Source: an uncultured Phycisphaerales bacterium (GTDB lineage Bacteria; Planctomycetota; Phycisphaerae; Tepidisphaerales; Tepidisphaeraceae). From it: a DNA stretch of 64,000 nt. Positions within the stretch are counted from its first letter, which is position 1. The number at the start of each line of letters is the position of its first letter. Of the stretch, positions 43,054 through 54,054 are shown piece by piece. The stretch spans positions 1,216,001 to 1,280,000 of the forward strand of contig CAVWVQ010000003.1 in NCBI GenBank assembly GCA_963758525.1. Reading direction: 5' to 3'. The translations under genes and the position numbers were made by a program. Under the pieces are notes generated by a model. That model was not told the origin of the DNA and made no database searches. It saw only the letters and a program-made list of their open reading frames with translations.

Positions 43054-43365
43054 ATGAAAACAGCGATTCTGCTTTGTTGCTCTGCCGTCATTGGTTTCGG
43101 GTCGATCGGCTGCTCCAACGCGCAGTACGGCAGCGGATCGACGACGAATGATGGCTCGTACGGTACGCCCAGCACTGCCGGCAGTACGATTCCAGGCAGC
43201 GAGAACACAAACTCGAATGCATCCGCGGCGACGCCGCGAGATCCAAACCAGGCTGGGGCGCCGCAGGGGATCAATCCAAGCGCGGGCACCAGCAATGGAC
43301 CCACCGGCTATACGGGTCAGAGCACCAACAACAACCAAAACAATGCGATATCGCCGACCAAGTGA
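43054..43365 (+). CDS. Small low-complexity lipoprotein
   Basis: MKTAILL...SIGC lipobox-like signal and an S/T/N/G-rich body. Confidence 0.7.
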   Translation: MKTAILLCCSAVIGFGSIGCSNAQYGSGSTTNDGSYGTPSTAGSTIPGSENTNSNASAATPRDPNQAGAPQGINPSAGTSNGPTGYTGQSTNNNQNNAISPTK

Positions 43366-43392
43366 AGGGGCGTGCCGCAAGGTGGAATCGAT

Positions 43393-43611
43393 ATGAAACT
43401 TCGATCGCTTACCACGGGCTTTGCATACGCCACCGCGATGCTATTGCTCGGCTGCGCCCATGAGCGGGTGGCGCCGTCTGACGGGCCCGGAGCCAGCGGA
43501 CCCGGCCCCACGCAGAACGCCTACGACCAGCCAGGCGCACTCCCCGCCAGCAGTGGGGGGACGGACGCCGGGCGCATCGGGCCGGACGCGCGCAATCAGC
43601 CTGTGCGATAG
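43393..43611 (+). CDS. Small lipoprotein
   Basis: MKLR...LLLGC lipobox and a G/P-rich body. Confidence 0.6.
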   Translation: MKLRSLTTGFAYATAMLLLGCAHERVAPSDGPGASGPGPTQNAYDQPGALPASSGGTDAGRIGPDARNQPVR

Positions 43612-43692
43612 GTTCGCGCGGTGCAACTTCAAGCGCGCGTGTCAGGTTGCCCCACTGCACACCGCCACGCCGAGCCTCTGTGACGCAACTGC

Positions 43693-43747
43693 GTAGCACG
43701 GCCGTCTCGGCTGTGGCCCAAAATCACAGCCGAGACGGCTGTGCTAC
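43693..43747. repeat. GTAG REP-like doublet that overlaps the GNAT stop codon
   Basis: GTAGCACGGCCGTCTCGGCTGTG...CACAGCCGAGACGGCTGTGCTAC. A half-copy is at ~23675-23696. Confidence 0.8.
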
Positions 43748-44265
43748 AAGGGAATCCGCTGCAACCGCTTCACCATCTGATAGTGCGGCCCCGCGGTGGG
43801 GATTTCGAATTGCTCTGAGACGATCTGCCAGCCGAGCCGCTGATAGAACTTGGCGGCTGGCACGCGTGCATTGCACCACAGGAGATGCACGGAGTGACTG
43901 TTGAACACATCCGATTCAACAAACGCCAGGATAGCACGTCCCACTCCGCTACCGCGGAAATCCGGTGCGGTGGCCATGCCCCGCAACTGCCAGGCTGGCT
44001 CGTCGAGCCAATGGTTCAAGTGAAGCGTTGCGCAGCCGACGTTGCGGTTGTCAGCAAAGGCGCCGTAGTGACGGGAGGTCGGCTCGTAGTCCCCGTCAAA
44101 GACCGCCGCCTCCGGCGGAAGGCCGGCGCGAAGCACGTCGTAGCGCAATTGCAGAATCTCATCGAATCTTGCGGCGCGGATTGCGGGCGCGGTCTGAGCG
44201 ACGGGACGAGAGACCGAAGTATTGCCGATTCCCGCAACGCCCTGGTCGGTCTGGTCGGTCATCAT
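43744..44265 (-). CDS. GNAT N-acetyltransferase
   Basis: QLRGMAT..FRGSGVG, WCNAR and FYQRLG. Confidence 0.9.
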   Translation of the reverse strand: MMTDQTDQGVAGIGNTSVSRPVAQTAPAIRAARFDEILQLRYDVLRAGLPPEAAVFDGDYEPTSRHYGAFADNRNVGCATLHLNHWLDEPAWQLRGMATAPDFRGSGVGRAILAFVESDVFNSHSVHLLWCNARVPAAKFYQRLGWQIVSEQFEIPTAGPHYQMVKRLQRIPL

Positions 44266-45200
44266 TTCCCGCCTTGGGCTGCGGGAACTTCGGCGGGGGC
44301 CGTTGTCGGGCCAGTCGTGGCGGGCGCCTTCATATCCCAGGCGACCCGCCAGGTTGTTTTGCCCGTCGGCTTGAAGCCCATCGTCTCCAGGCGTTCCGAC
44401 ATGTCGGCCAGATGAGCCGCGCCGTAGAAAATTCCGATGTTCTTTTTCCCCGCGTCGATCGTGTCCTGAAGAACAGACAGCGCCTTCTTATTGCGCTCGG
44501 TGATGATCACCGAGCCATCGGGACCGGTGAGTCCCGACATCTGATCTTCAATATCACCGAATTGCTGCGCGATCATCAGCTTCATCTGCCGTGCTCGATC
44601 CGGCGCTTGCAGCATGATGACGAGGTCGATCAGGCCGAAGTCTTTCCCCTTGTTCGCGGCCGCGCTCTGCTGGGCCATGCTATGCAGCATGGACTGGAGC
44701 ATGATCGTGAGCATCGACTCGCCGCGCTGCGTCTGCAGAGAAGTGAAAGTCTCCCAGTCCAGATCGGCATGAACGAAATTGGCGGCGGTGTAGTCGACGT
44801 CGTCCAGTTGATAGTCGAGTTTGAGAACATCTTTCATCCAATGCTGGAACATGCCGATCGCGCTGACCGAAGTCTCGCCGGGATGGGGAACCCCGGCGCC
44901 ACGCGGCTTGACCATTTCATAGAGCAGCGCGTCAAGATGCTTAAAGTCGTCATTCAGCTCGTGATAATAAGCCGGCTCGGCTACGTGCACCGCCCCGATC
45001 AGGTGCACGGTCACCCCAGCATCATTCCGGTATTCCACTTCAGCGGTTTGGAGCGTGCCGCCTCCCTTTCCATCGTCCACAAAGCGAAGAAATTCCCCCG
45101 TCCGGTTCGCCGGCGCCGTCGTCGGCACATCTGCCCGAACCGGGCAGCAAACACATGCCACCAACATGGCCCAGCACGCGAGAAAAGGCGTTCGGTTCAT
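44262..45200 (-). CDS. Conserved exported hypothetical protein (TraB/GumN-like fold possible)
   Basis: Signal peptide, LIGAVHVAEPAYY, LLYEMV, ERN and IFYGAAHL. Confidence 0.75.
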   Translation of the reverse strand: MNRTPFLACWAMLVACVCCPVRADVPTTAPANRTGEFLRFVDDGKGGGTLQTAEVEYRNDAGVTVHLIGAVHVAEPAYYHELNDDFKHLDALLYEMVKPRGAGVPHPGETSVSAIGMFQHWMKDVLKLDYQLDDVDYTAANFVHADLDWETFTSLQTQRGESMLTIMLQSMLHSMAQQSAAANKGKDFGLIDLVIMLQAPDRARQMKLMIAQQFGDIEDQMSGLTGPDGSVIITERNKKALSVLQDTIDAGKKNIGIFYGAAHLADMSERLETMGFKPTGKTTWRVAWDMKAPATTGPTTAPAEVPAAQGGK

Positions 45201-45512
45201 AAAATGCAACCTGTCGTTAAGAAACGAGCGATGTTCATTTTCCCGTCGATACGCCACGCGTCAAGCGGAGCGGCGGGACCAAAGGAGTTGCAGTGTTCAT
45301 ATCGAAAGTTTTCTAAGACGACCGAGCCGCCCGACAATTTGCTCGTCACGATGCGGCATGTTCGGCGAAGAGCGATTGCCCTCGTCTGAATAATAGAATT
45401 CGATCGTCCCGTTATCGCCTCACGAGCACCGAGCCACGGCGCCTCAAAGTCCGCAGCATTCACCCATCGGACACTGTGATTGGGCCTCTGATGGCCGCGT
45501 CTAGTCCCTGGC

Positions 45513-45665
45513 TTATGGCGGCGGATAGACTGCAAACCCCAGCCGAAGAGCCGCCTCGCGAAGCCGCTTGTCAGTGGCGACAATGTCCGACTCGCGAGCA
45601 ACCAACGCAGTGGCAAGATGAATCGCATCCAAAGTGCGCAAGCAGGAAGTGTCCCAGTACGCCAT
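45513..45665 (-). pseudogene. vapC: VapC/PIN toxin with a large in-frame internal deletion
   Basis: Manual translation: MAYWDTSC|LRTLDAIHLATALVARESDIVATDKRLREAALRLGFAVYPPP* (50 aa). TAATG coupling to the upstream gene. Confidence 0.8.
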
Positions 45666-45892
45666 TACTCTTCCCGCAACTCGTCGAGAATCTGCTCACC
45701 GCTGACGCCGGGCGTTCCCGACCCGATCGAAGCGCGAAGCTCATCGAGTCGACTCATCCAGGCGTCCCGCAATCCCGAGCCCCCCGCGGTGCGCCGGCGG
45801 CGGAGGCTTTGCTCCAGATGGCGCAGTAATTCTTCCTGCTCCGCCAATGGCAGGCGATCGACAACCGTCTCCAATTCGGAAAGGGTGTGCAT
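45665..45892 (-). CDS. Putative antitoxin (VapB-like)
   Basis: 75 aa ending SGEQILDELREE, translationally coupled to the PIN remnant. Confidence 0.72.
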   Translation of the reverse strand: MHTLSELETVVDRLPLAEQEELLRHLEQSLRRRRTAGGSGLRDAWMSRLDELRASIGSGTPGVSGEQILDELREE

Positions 45893-46044
45893 GAGAGAAC
45901 GATATCGCCCGGACGCCAGGGCGGCAAATTCCAAGCGGAATAGTGCGGCGGAAGCGCGACGGATTCTCGGTTTACAGTAGCCGCGCGAGCTGGCTCTTGG
46001 GGCTGCGTGCCGTCTGCAAGACCGCGAGCAAGCTCGGACCAGCT

Positions 46045-46911
46045 CTATGAAACGGACGTCTGCTTCCACTTATAGGCGTGCGGCTCGAAACGCTTGAAGC
46101 TCTTGCGGCCGGCGAATTGTTCGCCGATCGTCGAAATGGTCCGACTCGCGGCTTCGTACTCGGGTGAGTGAATGTGCTGGTATCCGGTGGTCGTAATCAC
46201 GCTGCACCAGCTTGGATCGCTGGCCCAGTCCTTCGGCCCTTTTTCGACGGTGCATGACACACCCGATTTGACCAGGAAATCGCGCGCCTCGGCAGCCAGC
46301 TTCTCGTTGGGATAACTCTGAACGAGAATGTAGTTCAACCCGATGCTGCGAGCCGGGTTGGTATCGATGCCGTTGCTCGACGCGGGAACAGCCATCGCTT
46401 CGCTCGACCGCCGTGGCACGGTCTGAGCCGGGGGACGCTCTGCCGTCGTTCCGCTCTCGGTGCTTCTTGGGGCCACGTCCAACGCCCCGGGCGTTGGCGG
46501 CATCTGCCGGAGGTCCTCGGTCGACGCCGCGGCATACGTCGGCAATGGTCCGCCGGCAATGTGGCGGCCCACGGCGTAGGCGAGCGCCAGCGCCACCAGC
46601 AGCGTAAAGGCGCAGAGGATGGCCGTGGCATAGCGAAGGCGAAGCGTGATCTCCTGGCGATCGCGGTCGATGCTGAACTGCACCGCCGCGGGTCCGACCG
46701 GCCGATCGCTGTGTGAGACGGCGCTGGCTGCGGCAACTACAGGAATCGCAGAAGGAGTGACCGCGGCGGCGGCTGCCGGGAATGCCGATGGCGTTGCGCG
46801 AAACTTGCTCTTAAACCACCACATCGGCGTGCGCAGCGCGCCGCTGGAGCCCGAGCGTTGGCCGCTGTGAATCACTTCGAATAACGCGGTGGAAGGTTTG
46901 CGAGTGGCCAT
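46045..46911 (-). CDS. Bitopic membrane hypothetical protein (SPOR-like C-terminus possible)
   Basis: N-terminal ALFEVI, one TM and C-terminal 'GLNYILVQSY'. Confidence 0.7.
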   Translation of the reverse strand: MATRKPSTALFEVIHSGQRSGSSGALRTPMWWFKSKFRATPSAFPAAAAAVTPSAIPVVAAASAVSHSDRPVGPAAVQFSIDRDRQEITLRLRYATAILCAFTLLVALALAYAVGRHIAGGPLPTYAAASTEDLRQMPPTPGALDVAPRSTESGTTAERPPAQTVPRRSSEAMAVPASSNGIDTNPARSIGLNYILVQSYPNEKLAAEARDFLVKSGVSCTVEKGPKDWASDPSWCSVITTTGYQHIHSPEYEAASRTISTIGEQFAGRKSFKRFEPHAYKWKQTSVS

Positions 46912-47183
46912 CCTTGACCTCAAATTTCCGTCTCACGGCGACATCTTGATGCCGTTACGACAAAAGACACCCTGATGACGACTCTCCGAGCCGCATCGCG
47001 GAGTGTGACCAAGTTAAAATAGGGGTTGCGCCGCGTGCGGTCAAGTTTGACGCCAACAGTTCACGCCAACGCGGTTCGACCGTTGGGTGCGTGACACCTT
47101 CCGCGGGGCTGATCTTTCCCTGCCCCTGGTACTGCCAGGGGAGGGAAGAGAGGTGCCCGTCCCGCGGTTCCGAAATCCCCAAT

Positions 47184-47331
47184 GCGTGCGCAGCACCCCA
47201 AACCTTTAGCCGCCTCGCTCGCGAGGTGTGTCCAGTTGCGCGGTTGTCGCAAACCGCGCCAAGCTGAGCTTCCGCGCCCCTGGACGCGCCTCGCAAGCGA
47301 GGCGGCTAAAGGTTTGGAGTGCTGCGCACGC
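47184..47331. repeat. Long inverted repeat, TTAGCCGC/GCGGCTAA family
   Basis: Near-complementary arms of about 50 bp. A related element is at 58356-58464. Confidence 0.85.
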
Positions 47332-47365
47332 GGGAAGGACCGGACGTTGGTCCCCTCGCGGAATT

Positions 47366-49050
<1,685 letters not shown>

Positions 49051-49198
49051 ATCGCGTCGCTGGCTGGATGTGCCTGGGGTAAGGCAGAGGCAATCATCGT
49101 ACGCTTGAGTGATGAATCTGAACCGCCTATGGAATTGAACTGCTGAACGCAAACGGAAAGTGTGGCGAAGCAACCTGCCCGCAGGTAGAATTCGCCCA

Positions 49199-49468
49199 AT
49201 GACCTACCGGGATCTGATCAACAAGCTGCACGATCAGCCCTTCCAGCCATTCCGGGTCCGGCTGTCCAATTCGTCCGCTATCGACATACTTGATCCGAAC
49301 GCCGTCGTAGTGGGTCCCAGCAGCGCGATCATGCCACTCGAATCGTCGTGGGATGATCAGGGGTATTATATCGTGACACGATGGAAGACGGTGGCGCTCT
49401 CGCACATCGTGGAGTTCATCGACATCGATCCGCCAAAGTCTTCTTCCAAGCGGAAGCGCGCGTCGTAG
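49199..49468 (+). CDS. Small hypothetical protein
   Basis: MTYRDLINKLHDQPFQPFRVRL; resembles small PF.PF proteins of planctomycetes (no search was run). Confidence 0.7.
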   Translation: MTYRDLINKLHDQPFQPFRVRLSNSSAIDILDPNAVVVGPSSAIMPLESSWDDQGYYIVTRWKTVALSHIVEFIDIDPPKSSSKRKRAS

Positions 49469-49555
49469 CTCGGTATGCAGGGCGGGATTCAACCTATTCA
49501 TCTTGGCGGAGTTCGCGGTGATGCGAAAAGGTCGACGGAATAAATCCCGCCCTGC

Positions 49556-50839
49556 TCAATCTCTTCCAAACAGAATACCAACGACGGACATCCCGGCACC
49601 AAGGGCGCAACTGAGCATCGGTGCGGTCAACTTCCCAAATCCCGGAATCCATCGACTTCCCACGACCATCACCGCGGCGCCGGAGGCCGGCCCGTCAGCA
49701 GGTCGTAGAGCGTGCAGCCGAGCGAATAAATGTCGGCGCGTCCATCCACATGAGCCGCGTCGCGCGCCTGTTCCGGCGCCATGTAGGCCGGTGTGCCCAT
49801 CGACATGTCAAAGCCGGTGCTGTTGATGGACTGCGCCTGTTCGAGCTTGCTGGTCCCTTTGGCACCGGCGGCGAGATTGCCGCCGGGGATTTCGCTGAGC
49901 CCTCGTTTTTTCACCAGGCCCAGATCGGCGACTTTCACGATTCCCTGCGTGTTGAGCAGGAGGTTTTCGGGCTTCACGTCGCGGTGAATCAGGCCCTGGT
50001 CGTGGGCGAATTTCAGTCCGCGGGCAGCCTGCAGCGTGTATCCCACCGCCGCCTCGGGATCGAGCTTCCCGTCTTTGGCGACGAGCCCTGAGAGAGTTTG
50101 TCCCTCGACAAATTCCATCGAATAGAAATGGCGTCCCGCGTCCTCGCCGATATCATAAACCTGCACCACGTTGTGATGCGCCAATTGAGCGGCGGCATAC
50201 GCCTCGCGGGTGAACCGGGCGACGAACCCCGCATCTTCCGCAAGCGCGGGGCTCAGCACTTTCACCGCGACATTGCGATCGAGCGACATCTGCCGCGCGA
50301 GATAAACTGACCCCATGCCTCCCTGGCCGAGCTTCCGCAGAATGTGATACCCTCCCAGCGCGGACGGCATGGCGCCGTCGTCGGCCGGCGCGGCGCGGCC
50401 TCAGGAGCTTCTTCGGCGGGTTGCGAGCGGGCCGGCCGCGCTGACGGAGATTTGGGCGGCGCGATCGGAGGCGCCGTTGCCAGCGGGACGCTGGCCGACG
50501 GCGGCGCTGCCGAGCCAGCGGCGCGAGCCGGCCGGGGAATATCCGCATTGGGCCGTGCAACGTTTGGCGGCGCGGTGACTTCCGCCACTTTTGAAGCGGA
50601 GGCGTCGGCAGCCCTTGGGGCAATGGGCGCCACTGTCGCGGCGGGCGTCGGCGGAGCTGTTGCTCCTGCCGGGGCCGCAACTGCTTTCTTCATCATTTGA
50701 CAATGGGCGCTGCACCTTCGCCCTCGGGCACAATGAGAACGAACTTCTCCTGACACTTGGGGCATTTTGGCGCAAACTGGCCCGCCCGAGCCCCTTTCAA
50801 GACGATGGTGAACGTGCAGTTCGGACAACGAATCTCCAC
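49556..50839 (-). pseudogene. Zinc-ribbon Ser/Thr protein kinase, frameshifted and internally deleted
   Basis: AAGGAG + GTG 50839 gives MEIRCPNC...KCPKC and an Ala/Pro linker. Kinase motifs are LGQGGMG, HRDVKPEN, DLG, APE and DIYSLG. The kinase frame stops right after TGRPP. Confidence 0.8.
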
Positions 50840-50971
50840 AGCAACTCCTTGCCGCCGAAACCGCACCCCCTGCTTTGATGAGCCGACGTTAGCGAACTCA
50901 TCAATTACACCCGCGTTGATAGGGCAACGTCAATGTTTTTCCCATGCACCGTCACGGGTTATCCTGTGGCG

Positions 50972-52615
50972 ATGGCGAACGCAGAGCCCAAGGCGTGGCT
51001 GGTCCCGTTGTCGGGGCCGGTGCTCGCGCCGATCGAAGTTGCCGCCAATCCCGGCGGCGCGGTGCTGGGCCGGGGGGACGGTTGCCTGCTTCGGCTCCCG
51101 CCGGAAGCCGACAAAGTCTCGCGGCAACACGCTCGATTTTCTCACTCGAGTGCCGGCTGGCGGCTTGCGGATCTGGGAAGCCGCTGGGGCACGTTTCTCA
51201 ATGGCGTGAGGCTCGCGCCGCAGCGCGAAGTCCCGCTGGGTGAGGGGGACCTGCTGCGCGTCGCGCCGTGGACGTTTCACTTTTCAACCCACGGCTTGCC
51301 GCGGCGCGGGATGCTGGCCGAGGATGATGCGAGCACCTATGGCACCATGGTTCGGTCCTACGCGCCATCGGACGAAGTTGCCTCCAAGCCGCTCGCCGAA
51401 GACTTGCTGACATTGCTGTTGGAATCCGCGGCGGCGCTCCACGCCGCCGAGACGGAGCGGCGCTGGCCGAGACGCTGATCGATGTCGCGCGGCGCGGGAC
51501 GGGGCTTCCCAACGCCGCCGTCCTGCGGCCGCTGGACGCCGCGGGCCGGCTGGAGGTGATCGCGGCGCGTCAGGGGATGTCAGGGTCGGACGCCGCGCCG
51601 GGTTTCAGCAGATCGCTGATTGCCGCGGCGAGCCAGGGGTCGGTGGCGGAGCTGTCGGGCGGGTCGGGGTTCGACATTTCGCAAAGCATCGTGCAGATGG
51701 GAATCAGCTCCGCCATCTGTGTTCCGCTGATGCTGGGCGGCGCGGTGGCGGCATATCTCTATCTCGACAGCCGTCGCGGCTCTGCCGCTGCGCCCGCCGC
51801 GGGCTGAATCCGCGGCGTTTTGCCTGGCAATGGGGAGGATGGCGGGCCTTGCGCTGGCGAATCTGAAGCGCGTCGAGATTGAGAAGCGCCAGGCCGAGAT
51901 CGAGTACGATCTCTCCGCGGCCGCCAAAGCGCAGAAGTGGATTTTCCCGCAGCGCGTGACCCGGTCCGGCGCGATCACCTGCACAGGCGAGAGCCGGGCG
52001 GGCGCGTACGTGGGCGGCGATTTCTTTGACGTGATTCCGCTGGAAGAAGCGCGCGTGGCCGTGGCGCTGGGCGATGTGTCGGGCCACGGGGTGGCCGCGT
52101 CCGTGCTGATGACCGCCGCCCAGGGCTTTCTGCACGCGGTGTTGCGCAACAACCCGGACATCGCGGCGGCCGTCACCGACCTCAATCGTTTCGTCTGCCC
52201 GCGACGCGTCCCGTCCAGCTTTCTGACCTTGTGGGTCGGCGTATTCGATTTGGCGCGGAAACAACTGACGTACGTGAACGCCGGTCACGGCTACGCGATG
52301 CTCGCAGGCGCAGGCGGGAGTTTCACCATGCTGGATGGCGGTGAGGATTTCCCGATCGGGTTTGACGAAGACGCCCAATATCATTCGATCGCCGAACCGA
52401 TTCCCGCTGCCGGGCGGGCGCTGGTGATCAGCGACGGAATTGTCGAGCAAGTCGGGGCGGCGGCCGGCGAGCAATTTGGTCTGGAGCGGGTGAAGGGCGC
52501 GGTCGTTGCGGCAGGACAGGGTGATGTCATTGCAGCGATTTTCAACGCAGTCGAGAAGCACGCGCAATCCGGCAGGTTTCAGGATGACGCGACCGCGGTG
52601 ATGGTCACCTGGTGA
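50972..52615 (+). CDS. FHA-GAF-PP2C/SpoIIE phosphatase (frameshifts at ~51457 and ~51782)
   Basis: FHA: GR, VSRQHA, DLGSRWGTFLNG. GAF: SAICVPL, YLYLDS. PP2C: VGGDFFD, GDVSGHG, NAGH, SDG, DDAT. Confidence 0.88.
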
Positions 52616-52816
52616 TTCCGTGCCCGCCACGCGCCTTTCGGGGACATCCGCAAATTTCCGGACAATACTTTGTGGTCCGGGCTTCCCCTTCGGGTCTGGG
52701 CCTCAGGGTCGAAGACAGCCTGCAATTGCAGCCGTGCAAACGCATTTTGCTCCTTCTTGCTCGGGGGTTTCGCGTACACCTCGCGACCTTCCGCGCCGAG
52801 CGTGTCGAACGAACCG

Positions 52817-53908
52817 TCACTGCACGATCTTGACCGTCGACTGCTGATGGACCGTCGTGCTGAAGGAGCCGATGTTGTTGTTCCATTGGTAGGAGTCCAT
52901 CGTCGCGAGATAAAGTCGCGTGGCGCCGGCAGGCACGACAAAGTTCTGCACGGTGCCGGCGTCGTCGCGTCCGTCCCCGATAAAGAAGATCTGCTGCAAC
53001 TGCGGCTTGAGCGTTGTGAAATTGCGTTCGGCGTCAGTGCTGAAATCCAGCGCGGGAGGCGTGGTGTTGGCCGTCGGAACGCTGTCGCTGAGGAACACAC
53101 CGATCAGGCAGTTGATCGGCGCATACACGTCGGAAATATGATTTTCCGAGCCATTGGTGTTGTTGCAGATCCATCCGGTATTGCCGTCGGCGGTGTAGCG
53201 ATTGGGGTCGGTGAAGTCGTTGGTAGCGCCGCCGTTGATCCCGTCGAAGGTCATCGTCGCCCCGGGAGCGATGGTGATTCCCGTTGCCTGCAAGGGAGAT
53301 TCCTGGGGAGCATAGTCGGGGCTGTTGTGCGGATTGTTCTGACTCGCGACGCTGCCGCTGGGCATTCCTGCCAGGAAAGGATTGTCTGTCGCCTGCACCG
53401 TATAACTGGCGGAAGCTCCGCCGGTCACCGTGGCGATCGCGGTCACGTTGATGTCGCAGGTGCTTTGACCGATCAACTGTGCGAAGACCAACGGGACGCC
53501 CGTGCCGCGCGCGGCCGTGCGGCACGCGGTCACCTTCACCGCATTGCAAACCGTCGGGTCGCTGTTGGCGGTGAACGTATGGGTGACGGTGCTCCAAATG
53601 CCAGTCTGCACGTCGCTGCTGGTCAGAACCAGCGGCGACCCGTCCACGAGATTCTGCCCTGCCACTGCGATCGCGTTGCTGCTGGCCGCCGAGGTCCCGT
53701 AGATAATGTTGCTCAGGCCCAATGCACCGAATCGCGCGGCAGCATCCGCGGCGGCATGCAGCTCGGTCTTTGCCGCCTGCACCCGGCCCAGATCGACTGC
53801 GACCGAGCAGAAACCCATCATCAGGGCCATCGTGACGGTCACCCAAATAATCACTGCGCCGCGCGATCTGCGGTGCGAACGCAAGGTTTTTCCAGGACGG
53901 GCGAACAT
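52817..53908 (-). CDS. TadG-like Flp-pilus-associated protein
   Basis: RGAVIIWV prepilin-like start, AVDLGR and ELHAAADAAA, then a T/N/S-rich extracellular part. Confidence 0.85.
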   Translation of the reverse strand: MFARPGKTLRSHRRSRGAVIIWVTVTMALMMGFCSVAVDLGRVQAAKTELHAAADAAARFGALGLSNIIYGTSAASSNAIAVAGQNLVDGSPLVLTSSDVQTGIWSTVTHTFTANSDPTVCNAVKVTACRTAARGTGVPLVFAQLIGQSTCDINVTAIATVTGGASASYTVQATDNPFLAGMPSGSVASQNNPHNSPDYAPQESPLQATGITIAPGATMTFDGINGGATNDFTDPNRYTADGNTGWICNNTNGSENHISDVYAPINCLIGVFLSDSVPTANTTPPALDFSTDAERNFTTLKPQLQQIFFIGDGRDDAGTVQNFVVPAGATRLYLATMDSYQWNNNIGSFSTTVHQQSTVKIVQ

Positions 53909-54054
53909 GAATTTCTCCAAAGAAGCCGCGTGAGCAGCGGCCAGACTCGTCGCCTCTCGCCGCCGATTCAACATCACATTCGCGCGGCAGCGAGGCAAGT
54001 TCCGATAATGCGCAAGCGTCTGGCCCGGCAATCCGGTTTGGCTAAAATCCTCTC

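Noticed and set aside
18263..47365. 29-kb composite transposon or invertible segment bounded by the two inverted MITEs
   Set aside because: Each copy has its own matching target-site duplication, indicating independent insertions without exchange of flanks.
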